The position numbers and the translations under genes were made by a program. The notes beneath the pieces were generated by a model, which saw nothing but the letters and a program-made list of their open reading frames with translations, was not told where the DNA came from and did no database searches. A DNA stretch of 64,000 nucleotides from Acidimicrobiia bacterium (lineage in GTDB: Bacteria > Actinomycetota > Acidimicrobiia > Spongiisociales > UBA5794): contig JALSQW010000008.1 of NCBI GenBank assembly GCA_026985095.1, forward strand, positions 50,470-114,469, in the 5' to 3' direction. How positions within the stretch are numbered: the stretch's first letter is position 1; each line of letters begins with the position of its first letter. Positions 48,054 through 57,455 of the stretch are shown piece after piece.

Positions 48054-48617
48054 ATGACAAGCGTCCTACGGGGGCGTCCGGCGCTGCTGGCGTCGGTGGC
48101 GGCGGCCATCGTGCTGGTGTGGTCGTTCGCGGCGCCGCCGGCCCATGCGGAGGTGTTCCAGGGGGGCTGCACCGGCAGCGCCACCTTCGAGAAGGCCAAC
48201 GTCACCGTGACCGAGCAGCAGCCTGTAGCCGAGCCGGTCACGATCCTGCCGGAGGATTCGGTGAGGTACGAAGGATCGACCGGCCAGCCCGAGACGAACG
48301 CTCCGGCGCCTTTCGAAGGCGGCATCACGGTCGCCCTGCCGTTGGGGAACTGGACGTTCGTCACCTGGGGAGGCGAGTCCACCAGGACCTCTGCGGACGG
48401 GAACTACGCCTACACCCTGCCGGGCTTCGTGCCTCGCGGTACCGGGCCGGTCGAGGTGACGGCGACCCACACCCAAGGGGGTCAGACCTGTGTGGTGGCG
48501 GCGTCGTTCGCCGTCGAAGGCAGTCCGGGACCGCTCGGGGTCGGCGCAGCAGCCGGAACGGCGTTGTTCGCCGCCGGGACCCTGGCGGCGGGGATGAAGA
48601 AGCGAGGTGTCGCCTGA
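48054..48617 (+). CDS. hypothetical exported protein with C-terminal anchor
   Basis: Signal peptide (AHA), two Cys, C-terminal hydrophobic stretch plus KKR. Confidence 0.7.
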   Translation: MTSVLRGRPALLASVAAAIVLVWSFAAPPAHAEVFQGGCTGSATFEKANVTVTEQQPVAEPVTILPEDSVRYEGSTGQPETNAPAPFEGGITVALPLGNWTFVTWGGESTRTSADGNYAYTLPGFVPRGTGPVEVTATHTQGGQTCVVAASFAVEGSPGPLGVGAAAGTALFAAGTLAAGMKKRGVA

Positions 48618-48832
48618 TGCGTGGTCGTCCCATCCTCGGTGTGCTGTCGGGGTTCATGTTCGGGCTGTTCGCGGCTGCGACGTTGTTCCTGTACGGCGTG
48701 GTGCCGCTGGCGAGCTCGGCCTTGTGGATCCTGCCGATCGCCGGCATCCTGTTCGGTCTGGTGATGGCCTGGTGGGCTCCCTTCGGCGGCTCGCCGGACA
48801 CCGCCGGGGCCGCCGACGTCGACGACGACTGA
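48617..48832 (+). CDS. small membrane protein
   Basis: MRGRPILGVLSGFMFGLF...WWAPF; two TMs; TGATG coupling. Confidence 0.7.
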   Translation: MRGRPILGVLSGFMFGLFAAATLFLYGVVPLASSALWILPIAGILFGLVMAWWAPFGGSPDTAGAADVDDD

Positions 48833-48877
48833 GCCGGGCGGCCCCTCGGCGACGCGACCGCCTGCCAGGATGGGCCC

Positions 48878-50299
48878 ATGATCGGGACGCGCCCGGGGTG
48901 GTGGGGTTCGCGGGGCCACGTGATGTTCACGCTGGTCGTGTTCGTGGTGCTCGCCTCGCTCGACAACGCCGCGCTGGCTCTGCTGCCGTCGATGGTGAAG
49001 CCCCTGGAGGGTGGCCTGGGAACCTCCGAACGGCTGATCGCCTTCATCACCGGCGCGCAGGTGCTCGTCGCGGCGGTCACGGCGGTCGTATGGGGCTATG
49101 CCGGGGATCGTTGGCCCCGTAAGCGTCTGCTGTTGATCGGCACGCTGGGGTGGGCGGCGGCGGAGCTGGCGGCGACGACCGCCACGACGGCGGGGCCGTT
49201 CGCGGCATGGCAGCTCGTCGCCGGCGTCGGGTTGGGGGCCATCGCATCGGTGGGGTTCTCGGTCGTGTCGGATTTCGTGGCCCCTCGGCGTCGAGGACTG
49301 GCGATGAGCTTCTGGGGGCTGTCCCAAGGGATCGGCGGGTGGGTGGGGCTGCTGCTGGCCAGCCAGCTCGGCGCCGGTGACTTCCGTCGCCCCATGGTGG
49401 TGGTGGCCGCCGCCGGGATCGGGTTCGCCGCCCTGTACGCGGTGGCCTTCGACGCCCCGCGGGGGTTCCGTGAGCCGGAGCTCCAGCCGTTGTTCGAGGC
49501 AGGAGGGACGTACGAGGCGCGGATCGCCCGTGATCAGCTCCCGGCGTTGTTCGAGAACCGGACCAACGTGTGGCTCATCGCCCAGGGGTTCACCGCCCAG
49601 ATCGCGTACGGCTCGCTGGTGTGGGTGCCGTTGCTGTACCAGGAGAAGGTGATCGCGGCGGGCTATTCACCCGAGACCGGCACCAAGGTGGGGGGCCTGT
49701 TCGCGGCGTTGTTCCTGACGGGGGCGCTGTTCTCGATCCTGGCAGGTCATCTCGGGGACCGCCTGCAGCGTTCGACGCTGCGGGGCAGGGCGCTGATCTC
49801 GGCGGTGGGGATCTCGGGGGCCATCCCGTTCTTCCTGGCGTTCTTCTGGGTCCCGCTCCGCGGGTTGGAGGTGACCGAGGGCGGATCGACGGTGACGTTG
49901 ACGGGTGAGGTGCTGAGGGAGCTGGTGACGAACCCGTGGGTGGCGCTGGCGTTCGTGACGTCGATCACCGCCTTGGCGTTCACGTCGGCGGATTCGCCGA
50001 ACTGGTTCGCGCTCATCTCCGACGTCAACCTGCCGGAGCACCGTGGGACGGTCTTCGGGTTGGGCAACCTCGTCAACGGGGTCGGTCGGGCCGGGGGGAC
50101 CGCGCTGACGGGGGCGGCGGCGGGGGCGCTGCAGCGGTCGTTCCCGCCGCCGCTGAACTGGGCGATCGGACTGTCGGCGTTCCAGGCGTTCTTCGTGCCC
50201 ACCGGCTGGTGCTATTGGAAGGCGTCGCGGACGTGTCCGGCCGATATCGAGGCCGTGCGCGAGACGATGGCTCGGCGGGCTCGGGAGGGGCGCCGGTAG
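48878..50299 (+). CDS. MFS transporter
   Basis: WGYAGDRWPRKRLL motif A, many TMs. Confidence 0.88.
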   Translation: MIGTRPGWWGSRGHVMFTLVVFVVLASLDNAALALLPSMVKPLEGGLGTSERLIAFITGAQVLVAAVTAVVWGYAGDRWPRKRLLLIGTLGWAAAELAATTATTAGPFAAWQLVAGVGLGAIASVGFSVVSDFVAPRRRGLAMSFWGLSQGIGGWVGLLLASQLGAGDFRRPMVVVAAAGIGFAALYAVAFDAPRGFREPELQPLFEAGGTYEARIARDQLPALFENRTNVWLIAQGFTAQIAYGSLVWVPLLYQEKVIAAGYSPETGTKVGGLFAALFLTGALFSILAGHLGDRLQRSTLRGRALISAVGISGAIPFFLAFFWVPLRGLEVTEGGSTVTLTGEVLRELVTNPWVALAFVTSITALAFTSADSPNWFALISDVNLPEHRGTVFGLGNLVNGVGRAGGTALTGAAAGALQRSFPPPLNWAIGLSAFQAFFVPTGWCYWKASRTCPADIEAVRETMARRAREGRR

Positions 50300-50487
50300 G
50301 CGTCCCGGTCGGTCGCGAAAACCAGATCGCCGGTCGCGAAAAGCCGCCACGGTTCCGCCTTGCCTCGGTCAGGCCCCGGCGGTAGACAGTGCCGACGGTG
50401 CGCCGTCCCGGTCGTTCCGGGGCGCTCCCGCTTCCCCTCTCGAGCGCGTTTGACGGATGACACCGATGTAATTACACTCGTGCAGCC

Positions 50488-50535
50488 ACGCAAGATATTG
50501 GGTTCGATCCGCTTCCCTGCCCCAACATCTTGTAG
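50488..50535. promoter_or_regulatory. tandem NrdR boxes
   Basis: ACGCAAGATATTGGGT (50488) and CCCCAACATCTTGTAG (50520), 32 bp apart, upstream of nrdJ. Confidence 0.8.
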
Positions 50536-50536
50536 C

Positions 50537-50557
50537 TGTGGACAACATTGTGGACAA
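50537..50557 (-). promoter_or_regulatory. two actinobacterial DnaA boxes (TTGTCCACA)
   Basis: TGTGGACAA at 50537 and 50549. Confidence 0.6.
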
Positions 50558-50604
50558 CCTCGGCCGCCGGTAGGGCGGCGCGGGGACGAGGAAGGGCAGA
50601 CGGT

Positions 50605-53600
50605 ATGCAGCAAGGCCTCCGCATCGAACGACGCTTCACCGCCGACGGGACGTCCCCCTACGACACCGTCGAGTGGGTGCGACGGGACTCCCGGATCTCC
50701 AACCCCGACGGTTCGGTCGTCTTCGAGATGACCGACGCCGAGGTGCCCGCCGGCTGGTCCCAGGTGGCCGCCGACATCATGGTGTCGAAGTACTTCCGCA
50801 AGGCCGGGGTCCCCCAGTTCGACACCGATGGCGAACCGATCCTCGACGACGACGGGAACCCGGTGTTGGGCCCGGAACGCTCGGCCCGTCAGGTCATCGA
50901 CCGATTGACGTCGACGTGGCGGTGGTGGGGCGAGACCAACGGCTACTTCGCGTCGGCCGACGACGCGCAGGCCTTCGAGGACGAGCTGGCCTTCATGCTG
51001 CTGCACCAGATGGCCGCCCCCAACTCGCCGCAGTGGTTCAACACCGGCCTCCACCACCGCTATGGGATCGAGGGCCCCGCCCAGGGCTTCTGGTACGTCG
51101 ACCCCGAGACCGACGAGCTCGTCGAGTCCCCCGACTCGTACTCACGCCCCGCCCCTCACGCATGTTTCATCCAGAGCGTCGAGGACGACCTGGTCAACCC
51201 CGGCGGCATCATGGACCTGTGGGTCCGTGAGGCCCGGTTGTTCAAGTTCGGGTCGGGGACCGGCACGAACTTCTCGAGCCTGCGAGCCGAGGGGGAGCCG
51301 CTGTCGGGCGGGGGCAAGTCGTCGGGCCTGATGAGCTTCCTCAAGGTGGGCGACCGAGCCGCGGGTGCGATCAAGTCGGGGGGCACGACACGCCGGGCCG
51401 CCAAGATGGTGATCCTCGACGTGGACCATCCCGATATCGAGAAGTTCGTCGATTGGAAGGTCGAGGAGGAGAACAAGGTCCGGGCGCTCATCGCGGCGGG
51501 GTACCCGTCGGACTTCAACGGTGAGGCCTACGCCACCGTCAGCGGCCAGAACTCGAACAACTCGGTGCGGCTCACCAACGACTTCGTCCGTGCGGTGCTC
51601 ACCGACGACGACTGGGACCTCACCGCCCGCACGGACGGCTCGGTGATGAAGACGATCAAGGCCAAGGACCTGTGGCGCAAGATCGCCGAGGCGGCGTGGG
51701 CATGCGCCGACCCGGGCGTGCAGTTCCACACCACCATCAACCAGTGGCACACGTCGCCGGCCGGAGGCGAGATCCGGGCCTCCAACCCGTGCAGCGAGTA
51801 CATGTTCCTGGACAACACGGCCTGCAACCTGGCGTCGCTCAACCTGGGGCGCTTCTACGACGACCGCACCGGGGTCTTCGATCTCGACGCCTACCGCCAC
51901 GCCATCCGCCTGTGGACGATCGTCCTCGAGATCTCGGTGACGATGGCCCATTTCCCCTCCAAGGAGATCGCCCGCGGCTCGTTCGACTACCGGACCTTGG
52001 GGCTCGGCTACGCCAACCTGGGTTCGCTGCTGATGCGCATGGGCGTCCCCTACGACTCGGATCGGGGGCGAGCCATCGCCGGGGCGTTGACGGCGATCCT
52101 GACCGGCTACGCCTACGCCACGTCGGCCGAGATGGCCGAGGTGCTCGGCCCGTTCCCCAAGTACCCGGAGAACACCGAGGCGATGCTGCGGGTCATCCGT
52201 AACCATCGGCGGGCCGCCTTCGACGCCAAGGCCGACGACTACGAGGGCATCGACCACACGGTGATGGGCATCGATCCTCACGAGTGCCCCGCCGACATGC
52301 TCCTGGAGGCGCAGAACGCCTGGAACACCGCGGTGAAGCTGGGCGAGATGCACGGCTACCGCAACGCACAGGTGTCGGTGCTGGCGCCGACGGGGACGAT
52401 CGGCCTGCTGATGGACTGCGACACGACCGGGGTGGAACCCGACTTCGCGCTGGTGAAGTTCAAGAAGCTCGCCGGCGGCGGGTACTTCAAGATCGCCAAC
52501 CAGTCGATCGAACCGGCGCTGCGGAACCTCGGCTACAGCGAGGAGCAGATCCACCGGATCATCGAGTACGTGGTGGGCACCATGAGCCTGCATCGGGCTC
52601 CGCACGTGAACTCGGCAGCGTTGATCGCCAAGGGCTTCACGTTCGAGGACATCGACAAGTTGGAGGCGACCCTGCCGGGGGTCTTCGAGCTGGGTTTCGC
52701 CTTCAACCGTTGGGTGCTGGGCGACGAGACGATGCAGCGCCTCGGGTTCACGCCCGAACAGTACGAGGACCCATCCTTCGACATGCTGTCCGCCCTCGGC
52801 TTCACTCCCGAGGAGATCGGGGCCGCCAACGACTACGTCTGTGGTCGCCAGACGATCGAGGGCGCCCCTCAGCTCGACGACGAGCACCTGGCGGTGTTCG
52901 ACACGGCGAACCGCAACGGCAAGTACGGGACGCGGTTCATCCACCACACCGGGCACATCCGGATGATGGCGGCGGCCCAGCCGTTCATCTCGGGGGCGAT
53001 CTCGAAGACGATCAACATGCCCAACGAGGCGACGGTGGAGGAGATCGAGGAGTCGTACCACCTGTCGTGGGAGCTCGGGTTGAAGGCGATGGCCTTGTAC
53101 CGGGACGGTTCGAAGGCCTCCCAGCCGCTGTCGGCGACCACCGACGACGGGGTGTCCGAGGAGGAAGAGGAGGGCCTCGAGGAGGCGCTCGCCGAGGAAC
53201 GGGCGCTGGTGTCGCAGGGCAAGTCGCTGGTCCACGCGGGGATGTTCCGGCCGGGGATCTCCCCGACGGAGGCCTACAACGACCTGCCGCGGCCGCGGTT
53301 CTTGCTGCCCGGGCGGCGTCGTGGCTTCACCCAGGAGGCCCGCATCGGGGGCCACAAGGTGTTCCTCCGCACGGGCGAGTACGACGACGGCACCTTGGGT
53401 GAGGTGTTCATCGACCTGGCCAAGGAGGGGGCGACACTGCGCGGGGTGCTGTCGTGCTTCGCCATCGCGGTGTCCAAGGGCCTCCAGTACGGCGTGCCGC
53501 TCGACGAGTTCGTCGACACGTTCACGTTCCAGACGTTCGAGCCGAGGGGCATGGTGGAGGGCCATCCGAACATCAAGATGGCGAACTCGATCATCGACTA

Positions 53601-54039
53601 CGTGTTCCGGGCCCTCGGGGTCGAGTACCTGCGGAGGGACGAGCTGGCCCAGGTGCCCCCGGATCGTTCATCCGATCTTCCCGAGCCTCCGAAGGGCGCG
53701 GCGGTGGACGCGGGGCTCCAGTTGGACCTGACCGAAGCCGCGATGGAAGCCGACATCGACGCCCAGGTGGAGGCAGCCCGCTTCGCCGATGCTCCTGCCG
53801 GAGCGGCTCCGGCGTCGCCGGGTCCCGGCACGATGGCGGCTCCGGTGGCGTCGTCGAATGGGAACGGTACGAAGACGGCGGTGGCGACCGTGGCCGACGT
53901 CAAGACGGCGGCGGCGGATGCCCTGTTGGGCGAGAAGATGGGTGACGCCCCGGTGTGTTCCAACTGTGGACACATGACCGTCCGCAACGGGAGCTGCTAC
54001 GTGTGCCTGACCTGCGGGGACACGACCGGCTGTAGCTGA
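50605..54039 (+). CDS. nrdJ: vitamin B12-dependent (class II) ribonucleotide reductase
   Basis: PNSPQWFN, ACFI, SNPCSEY, ACNLASLN, APTGTI, GAISKT, C-terminal CSNCG..GSCYVC..CGDTTGCS. Confidence 0.97.
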   Translation: MQQGLRIERRFTADGTSPYDTVEWVRRDSRISNPDGSVVFEMTDAEVPAGWSQVAADIMVSKYFRKAGVPQFDTDGEPILDDDGNPVLGPERSARQVIDRLTSTWRWWGETNGYFASADDAQAFEDELAFMLLHQMAAPNSPQWFNTGLHHRYGIEGPAQGFWYVDPETDELVESPDSYSRPAPHACFIQSVEDDLVNPGGIMDLWVREARLFKFGSGTGTNFSSLRAEGEPLSGGGKSSGLMSFLKVGDRAAGAIKSGGTTRRAAKMVILDVDHPDIEKFVDWKVEEENKVRALIAAGYPSDFNGEAYATVSGQNSNNSVRLTNDFVRAVLTDDDWDLTARTDGSVMKTIKAKDLWRKIAEAAWACADPGVQFHTTINQWHTSPAGGEIRASNPCSEYMFLDNTACNLASLNLGRFYDDRTGVFDLDAYRHAIRLWTIVLEISVTMAHFPSKEIARGSFDYRTLGLGYANLGSLLMRMGVPYDSDRGRAIAGALTAILTGYAYATSAEMAEVLGPFPKYPENTEAMLRVIRNHRRAAFDAKADDYEGIDHTVMGIDPHECPADMLLEAQNAWNTAVKLGEMHGYRNAQVSVLAPTGTIGLLMDCDTTGVEPDFALVKFKKLAGGGYFKIANQSIEPALRNLGYSEEQIHRIIEYVVGTMSLHRAPHVNSAALIAKGFTFEDIDKLEATLPGVFELGFAFNRWVLGDETMQRLGFTPEQYEDPSFDMLSALGFTPEEIGAANDYVCGRQTIEGAPQLDDEHLAVFDTANRNGKYGTRFIHHTGHIRMMAAAQPFISGAISKTINMPNEATVEEIEESYHLSWELGLKAMALYRDGSKASQPLSATTDDGVSEEEEEGLEEALAEERALVSQGKSLVHAGMFRPGISPTEAYNDLPRPRFLLPGRRRGFTQEARIGGHKVFLRTGEYDDGTLGEVFIDLAKEGATLRGVLSCFAIAVSKGLQYGVPLDEFVDTFTFQTFEPRGMVEGHPNIKMANSIIDYVFRALGVEYLRRDELAQVPPDRSSDLPEPPKGAAVDAGLQLDLTEAAMEADIDAQVEAARFADAPAGAAPASPGPGTMAAPVASSNGNGTKTAVATVADVKTAAADALLGEKMGDAPVCSNCGHMTVRNGSCYVCLTCGDTTGCS

Positions 54040-54053
54040 ACGAGTGCGCTCAC

Positions 54054-54085
54054 CTGGAGGGCGGACCGTCGGGTCCGCCCTCCGG
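54054..54085 (+). terminator. GC-rich hairpin after nrdJ
   Basis: GGAGGGCGGACC-GTCG-GGTCCGCCCTCC 12-bp stem; no U-tail. Confidence 0.7.
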
Positions 54086-54119
54086 CGCGCCGGCGGACCA
54101 TCTCGGAACTCGACCAACT

Positions 54120-54157
54120 TGCCTCGACTTTAGCGACTGTCGGCTAAAGTCGAGGCA
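54120..54157. promoter_or_regulatory. perfect 15-bp inverted repeat with 8-bp spacer overlapping -10 element and start codon
   Basis: TGCCTCGACTTTAGC-GACTGTCG-GCTAAAGTCGAGGCA. Confidence 0.7.
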
Positions 54158-55311
54158 TGTCCGGTGAACGCTACGACCCGGTCGCCAACCCCTACGCCCC
54201 CGGCGCGGGCACGCCACCGCCTGCCCTCGTCGGACGGGACGAGACGATCGAGGGGACCGAGATCGCCCTCCGGCGTCTCCGTTCGGCCCGCACCAGCCAG
54301 CATCTCCTCATCACCGGGCTGCGCGGCGTCGGCAAGACGGTGCTGCTCGCCAAGCTCGCCTCCCTCGGTGAGCACGTCGGCTACCGGGTGATCCGTGTGG
54401 AGGCCGTCGGCGGGGACGACACCCTCCGGAGTCTCCTTCGCCAGGCCCGCCGGATCGTCGAGGCGGCAGGCGGCGGCAGCGCCGTCCGACGGGCTCTCCG
54501 GTCGATCGAGTCGGTCTCGCTGACCGTGGCGGGAACGGGCGCGGCGTTGGAGCGCCAGGTGGCCCGACCCGACCGGGACGCCCTCGCCGACGTGCTCGTC
54601 GACGTGGGGAAGGCCGCCGTCGACGCCGACGTCGGCGTCATGCTCGCGATCGACGAGGCCCAACGCCTCGATCGCCACGACCTGCGGCGGATCCTGGCCG
54701 GGATCCACCGCGCCGGCCAGGACGGCGTCCCGCTGTACGCGGTGGTCGCCGGGCTCCCCAACCTCGTCGGGGAGGTCGCCAAGGCGGCCACCTACGCCGA
54801 GCGGCTCTTCACCGTCGCCGACCTGGGGCCGCTCTCCCCCCGCCAGGTCGCCGACGCGGTGACCATCCCCGCCCGGGAGATCGGGGTGGCGTGGTCCCCC
54901 GCCGCGGTGGAGCGCATCGTCGACCGCTCAGACGGCTACCCGTTCTTCGTCCAGACCTGGGCGTTCCACACGTGGAACGCAGCGGTCGACGACCCGATCT
55001 CGGCCGGCGACGTCGACCGGGCCGCTCCCCACGCCGAATCGACCCTCGACGCCTCGTTCTTCGCCGCCCGGATCGCCCGGATCCCCGCCTCGGAGGTGGC
55101 CTACGTCCGGGCGTTGGCGTCCCTCGGCCCGGGACCGCATCGCTCCGGCGACGTCGCCGCGGCGATGGGCAAGACCACCCCGCAGGTGGCAGCGTTCCGG
55201 GATCGTCTCATCTCGGAGGGCGTCATCTACTCGCCTCGCTACGGTTGGGTGGAGTTCGCCATCCCCCACTTCGACCGCCACGTCGCCCGGGAACTCCCCG
55301 ACCGGCCTTGA
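54157..55311 (+). CDS. AAA ATPase (AAA_16/STAND-like) with C-terminal winged helix
   Basis: NPYAPGAG.PP.LVGR, GLRGVGKT, IDEAQ, GYPFFVQ, RDRLISEGVIY. Confidence 0.88.
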   Translation: MSGERYDPVANPYAPGAGTPPPALVGRDETIEGTEIALRRLRSARTSQHLLITGLRGVGKTVLLAKLASLGEHVGYRVIRVEAVGGDDTLRSLLRQARRIVEAAGGGSAVRRALRSIESVSLTVAGTGAALERQVARPDRDALADVLVDVGKAAVDADVGVMLAIDEAQRLDRHDLRRILAGIHRAGQDGVPLYAVVAGLPNLVGEVAKAATYAERLFTVADLGPLSPRQVADAVTIPAREIGVAWSPAAVERIVDRSDGYPFFVQTWAFHTWNAAVDDPISAGDVDRAAPHAESTLDASFFAARIARIPASEVAYVRALASLGPGPHRSGDVAAAMGKTTPQVAAFRDRLISEGVIYSPRYGWVEFAIPHFDRHVARELPDRP

Positions 55312-55408
55312 TGGCCCGGTGGGTCAGCGACCTTTGCGTCGTTGGGCACGAGCTACCCTTCGCGGGCGGGTCGCGCCCGCGTGAAGTCCTGTCATCGAAG
55401 ACCGTCCA

Positions 55409-55981
55409 GTGACACATCGACCGCCCTCGAAGAGAGTCCCGGCGATCCGCCCGTGGCGATGGACCGCAGGGCTGCTCCTCGTGACCGTGGCCGTCACCTC
55501 CTGCGCGCGGGGCGGTACTCTCGAAGCGCGCATCCAACCCGGCTCGGTCGTCACCATCGGCTTCAGGGACTTCTCGGGCACAACGGATGCCGCTGCCGGC
55601 CTATTCGTGTGCGCCACTGGTCCCGGCGTTCTCCTGGAGTCCGTCGAACCCATGATCGTGGAAGGATCCGCGGAGCTCCTCGGAGCCGTCGAGCGGTCGG
55701 GTACCAACCAAGAGGAGCGGTTCATCGGAGCGGCCTACCGATACCCGCCCGGGCGAGGAGAGGACAACGATCCCCTTGGCACGACCGCGGTCTCGGCATG
55801 TGACGAGCCCTCCTCGGCGGTGACCCAGATCGTGGTGGGAGCGCGTCGAACGACCCCGGCCGGAGGCGCCATCCGAGGCATCTCCATCACCTACCGATCG
55901 GGCGAACGCAGGGAAACGCTCGACATCCCGAACTTCCACATCCGCCTCTGCGGCGACCACGACCACGATTGCGAGCCTTGA
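55409..55981 (+). CDS. hypothetical lipoprotein
   Basis: Signal peptide with VTSC lipobox; several Cys. Confidence 0.6.
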   Translation: MTHRPPSKRVPAIRPWRWTAGLLLVTVAVTSCARGGTLEARIQPGSVVTIGFRDFSGTTDAAAGLFVCATGPGVLLESVEPMIVEGSAELLGAVERSGTNQEERFIGAAYRYPPGRGEDNDPLGTTAVSACDEPSSAVTQIVVGARRTTPAGGAIRGISITYRSGERRETLDIPNFHIRLCGDHDHDCEP

Positions 55982-56472
55982 GCGCCGCCGCAGACGAGCG
56001 GTCGTCGATGTCGCGCTGGTCCTCGCGTGTGGTCACCGGTCGGCCGCCACGAAGCCTCCGCCATCGCTCGATCACCGACTCCAGCCGCCGGCTCCGGCGT
56101 CTGGGACGGCCGCCGCCGTGGTCTTCGGCGGCGGCGGTGACACCCACTCGCTGCACCGTTGCGTGCCCAAGGCCTCCATCACCGACCGAGTGGACAGTTG
56201 TTCTTGCCGCGGCACACCGCGTCGAGCATCGTCCTCCCGAGCGCCAGCCCGCGGCCCTCGACCGGGCAGGCTCGTCCCCCGACACGCCGTGAACGGCGGG
56301 CATACGCCACCCTGGTCGATCCGGTCGGTGTCGCGTGGGGAGCAGAGCCGGTTCCGCACGGAACGATGGAGCGCCTCCCCGGGCGTCGGGATGAGATCGA
56401 TGGCCGGCACCGATGATCCGAGGAGCGTCGAAGGTCGGAGGCTGGGCTGGTGGAGACCCTGGGCATCTCGTC

Positions 56473-56659
56473 GAGACCCGACGGATCTCCACTGCTGGAC
56501 CGAAGCCAGCGGCTGACCGTCGACCCCGGCAGACATCGGCCCGACCCCGACCGCGAACACGACCCCCTTGACACACACACCATCCGCATACTGTTCGTAG
56601 TGACGGGGACACCCACCGTGTCAGGGGGGATGAGGAAGGAGACGGATCGCCATGATCCG
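56473..56659 (+). repeat. 187-bp direct repeat copy 1 (promoter-like element, RBS and first codons)
   Basis: Identical to 60970-61156 except one mismatch; contains TTGACA, TACTGT, AGGAAGGAG, ATGATCCG. Confidence 0.92.
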
Positions 56660-57209
56660 GACGCGACCGACAGCGGCGCGCGCTGCAGCGATCGTTCTCG
56701 TAGTCGCCGCCATGACGACGGCCGGGGTAGCACTCGCGGAAGAGCCAGCCGGGCCCACCGCGCGGATCGGGACAAGAGTCTTCGGAGCCGACGACGGTCT
56801 TACCTCGGAACGCGGAGAAGTCGTCCTAGGTCCTGTTCGCAACTCTCTGACTCCCAACAAGCGAGGTGCAACCCCACAAGGGTGGACGTTCAGCAAGACC
56901 GCGACATTTCGGCGCGGAACAAGCTACGCCAAGACGACGGAGACGGTGCAGCTCAAGTACACAGGCAGGTCGCGCGCAATGGCCAACGTGTACACCAGCA
57001 CCAAGCGAGTGATCCGGGCCTCGTTCAAGTACTCTCGCGGCGGAAGGAACCTCATTTCCTGGCGGCACTCGAATGCGAACCTGTCTGGAGCATGCTCCTG
57101 GACCGCGGGATCAGAAGTATCGAAATCCGTTTGGGACTCCCTGAATCCTTTCGCCGACCCGACGAAGTTCCACTTCGACTTCCTCTACCTCCATCCGGAC
57201 GCTTGCTAG
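56652..57209 (+). CDS. secreted basic protein, candidate bacteriocin-like precursor
   Basis: Sec signal ending ALA; R/K/T/S-rich mature part with two Cys; upstream of ABC cassette. Confidence 0.7.
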   Translation: MIRTRPTAARAAAIVLVVAAMTTAGVALAEEPAGPTARIGTRVFGADDGLTSERGEVVLGPVRNSLTPNKRGATPQGWTFSKTATFRRGTSYAKTTETVQLKYTGRSRAMANVYTSTKRVIRASFKYSRGGRNLISWRHSNANLSGACSWTAGSEVSKSVWDSLNPFADPTKFHFDFLYLHPDAC

Positions 57210-57455
57210 CCGTGACCTCGGCCAAAGGGGCCAGCAGAGGTATCCTGCCCCTTGCGCTGAGTTGGAGAGTGGACTCATTCGGCCGCTCGATGCTGAACAA
57301 GCGAGGGGCAGACAGAGCCGCGGCCCGCGTTCCTCGGACAGGACATGCATGAGGTCCTCGGAGAAGCGCCTGTCGTTGGTGGCGTGCATCCGCCGCGCGA
57401 CGACCGACTTGTCACCACGACGGTCGTCCAACGCCGTCACTTCAATGGAGCCCGC

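Noticed and set aside
50310-50342. Short direct repeat CGGTCGCGAAAA twice, 21 bp apart
   Set aside because: Only two 12-mers; too little to assign an operator or REP function
50350-50604. Cobalamin riboswitch upstream of nrdJ
   Set aside because: No B12-box or other conserved riboswitch elements seen; NrdR boxes explain the conserved-looking sequence
54030-54085. Sec readthrough at the nrdJ end (GCS-TGA plus hairpin)
   Set aside because: GCS is a normal NrdJ C-terminus, the TGA is not at a Cys position, and the hairpin fits a terminator
55982-56472. ORFs in the gap before repeat copy 1
   Set aside because: No recognisable motifs or consistent coding bias in any frame; probably decayed sequence
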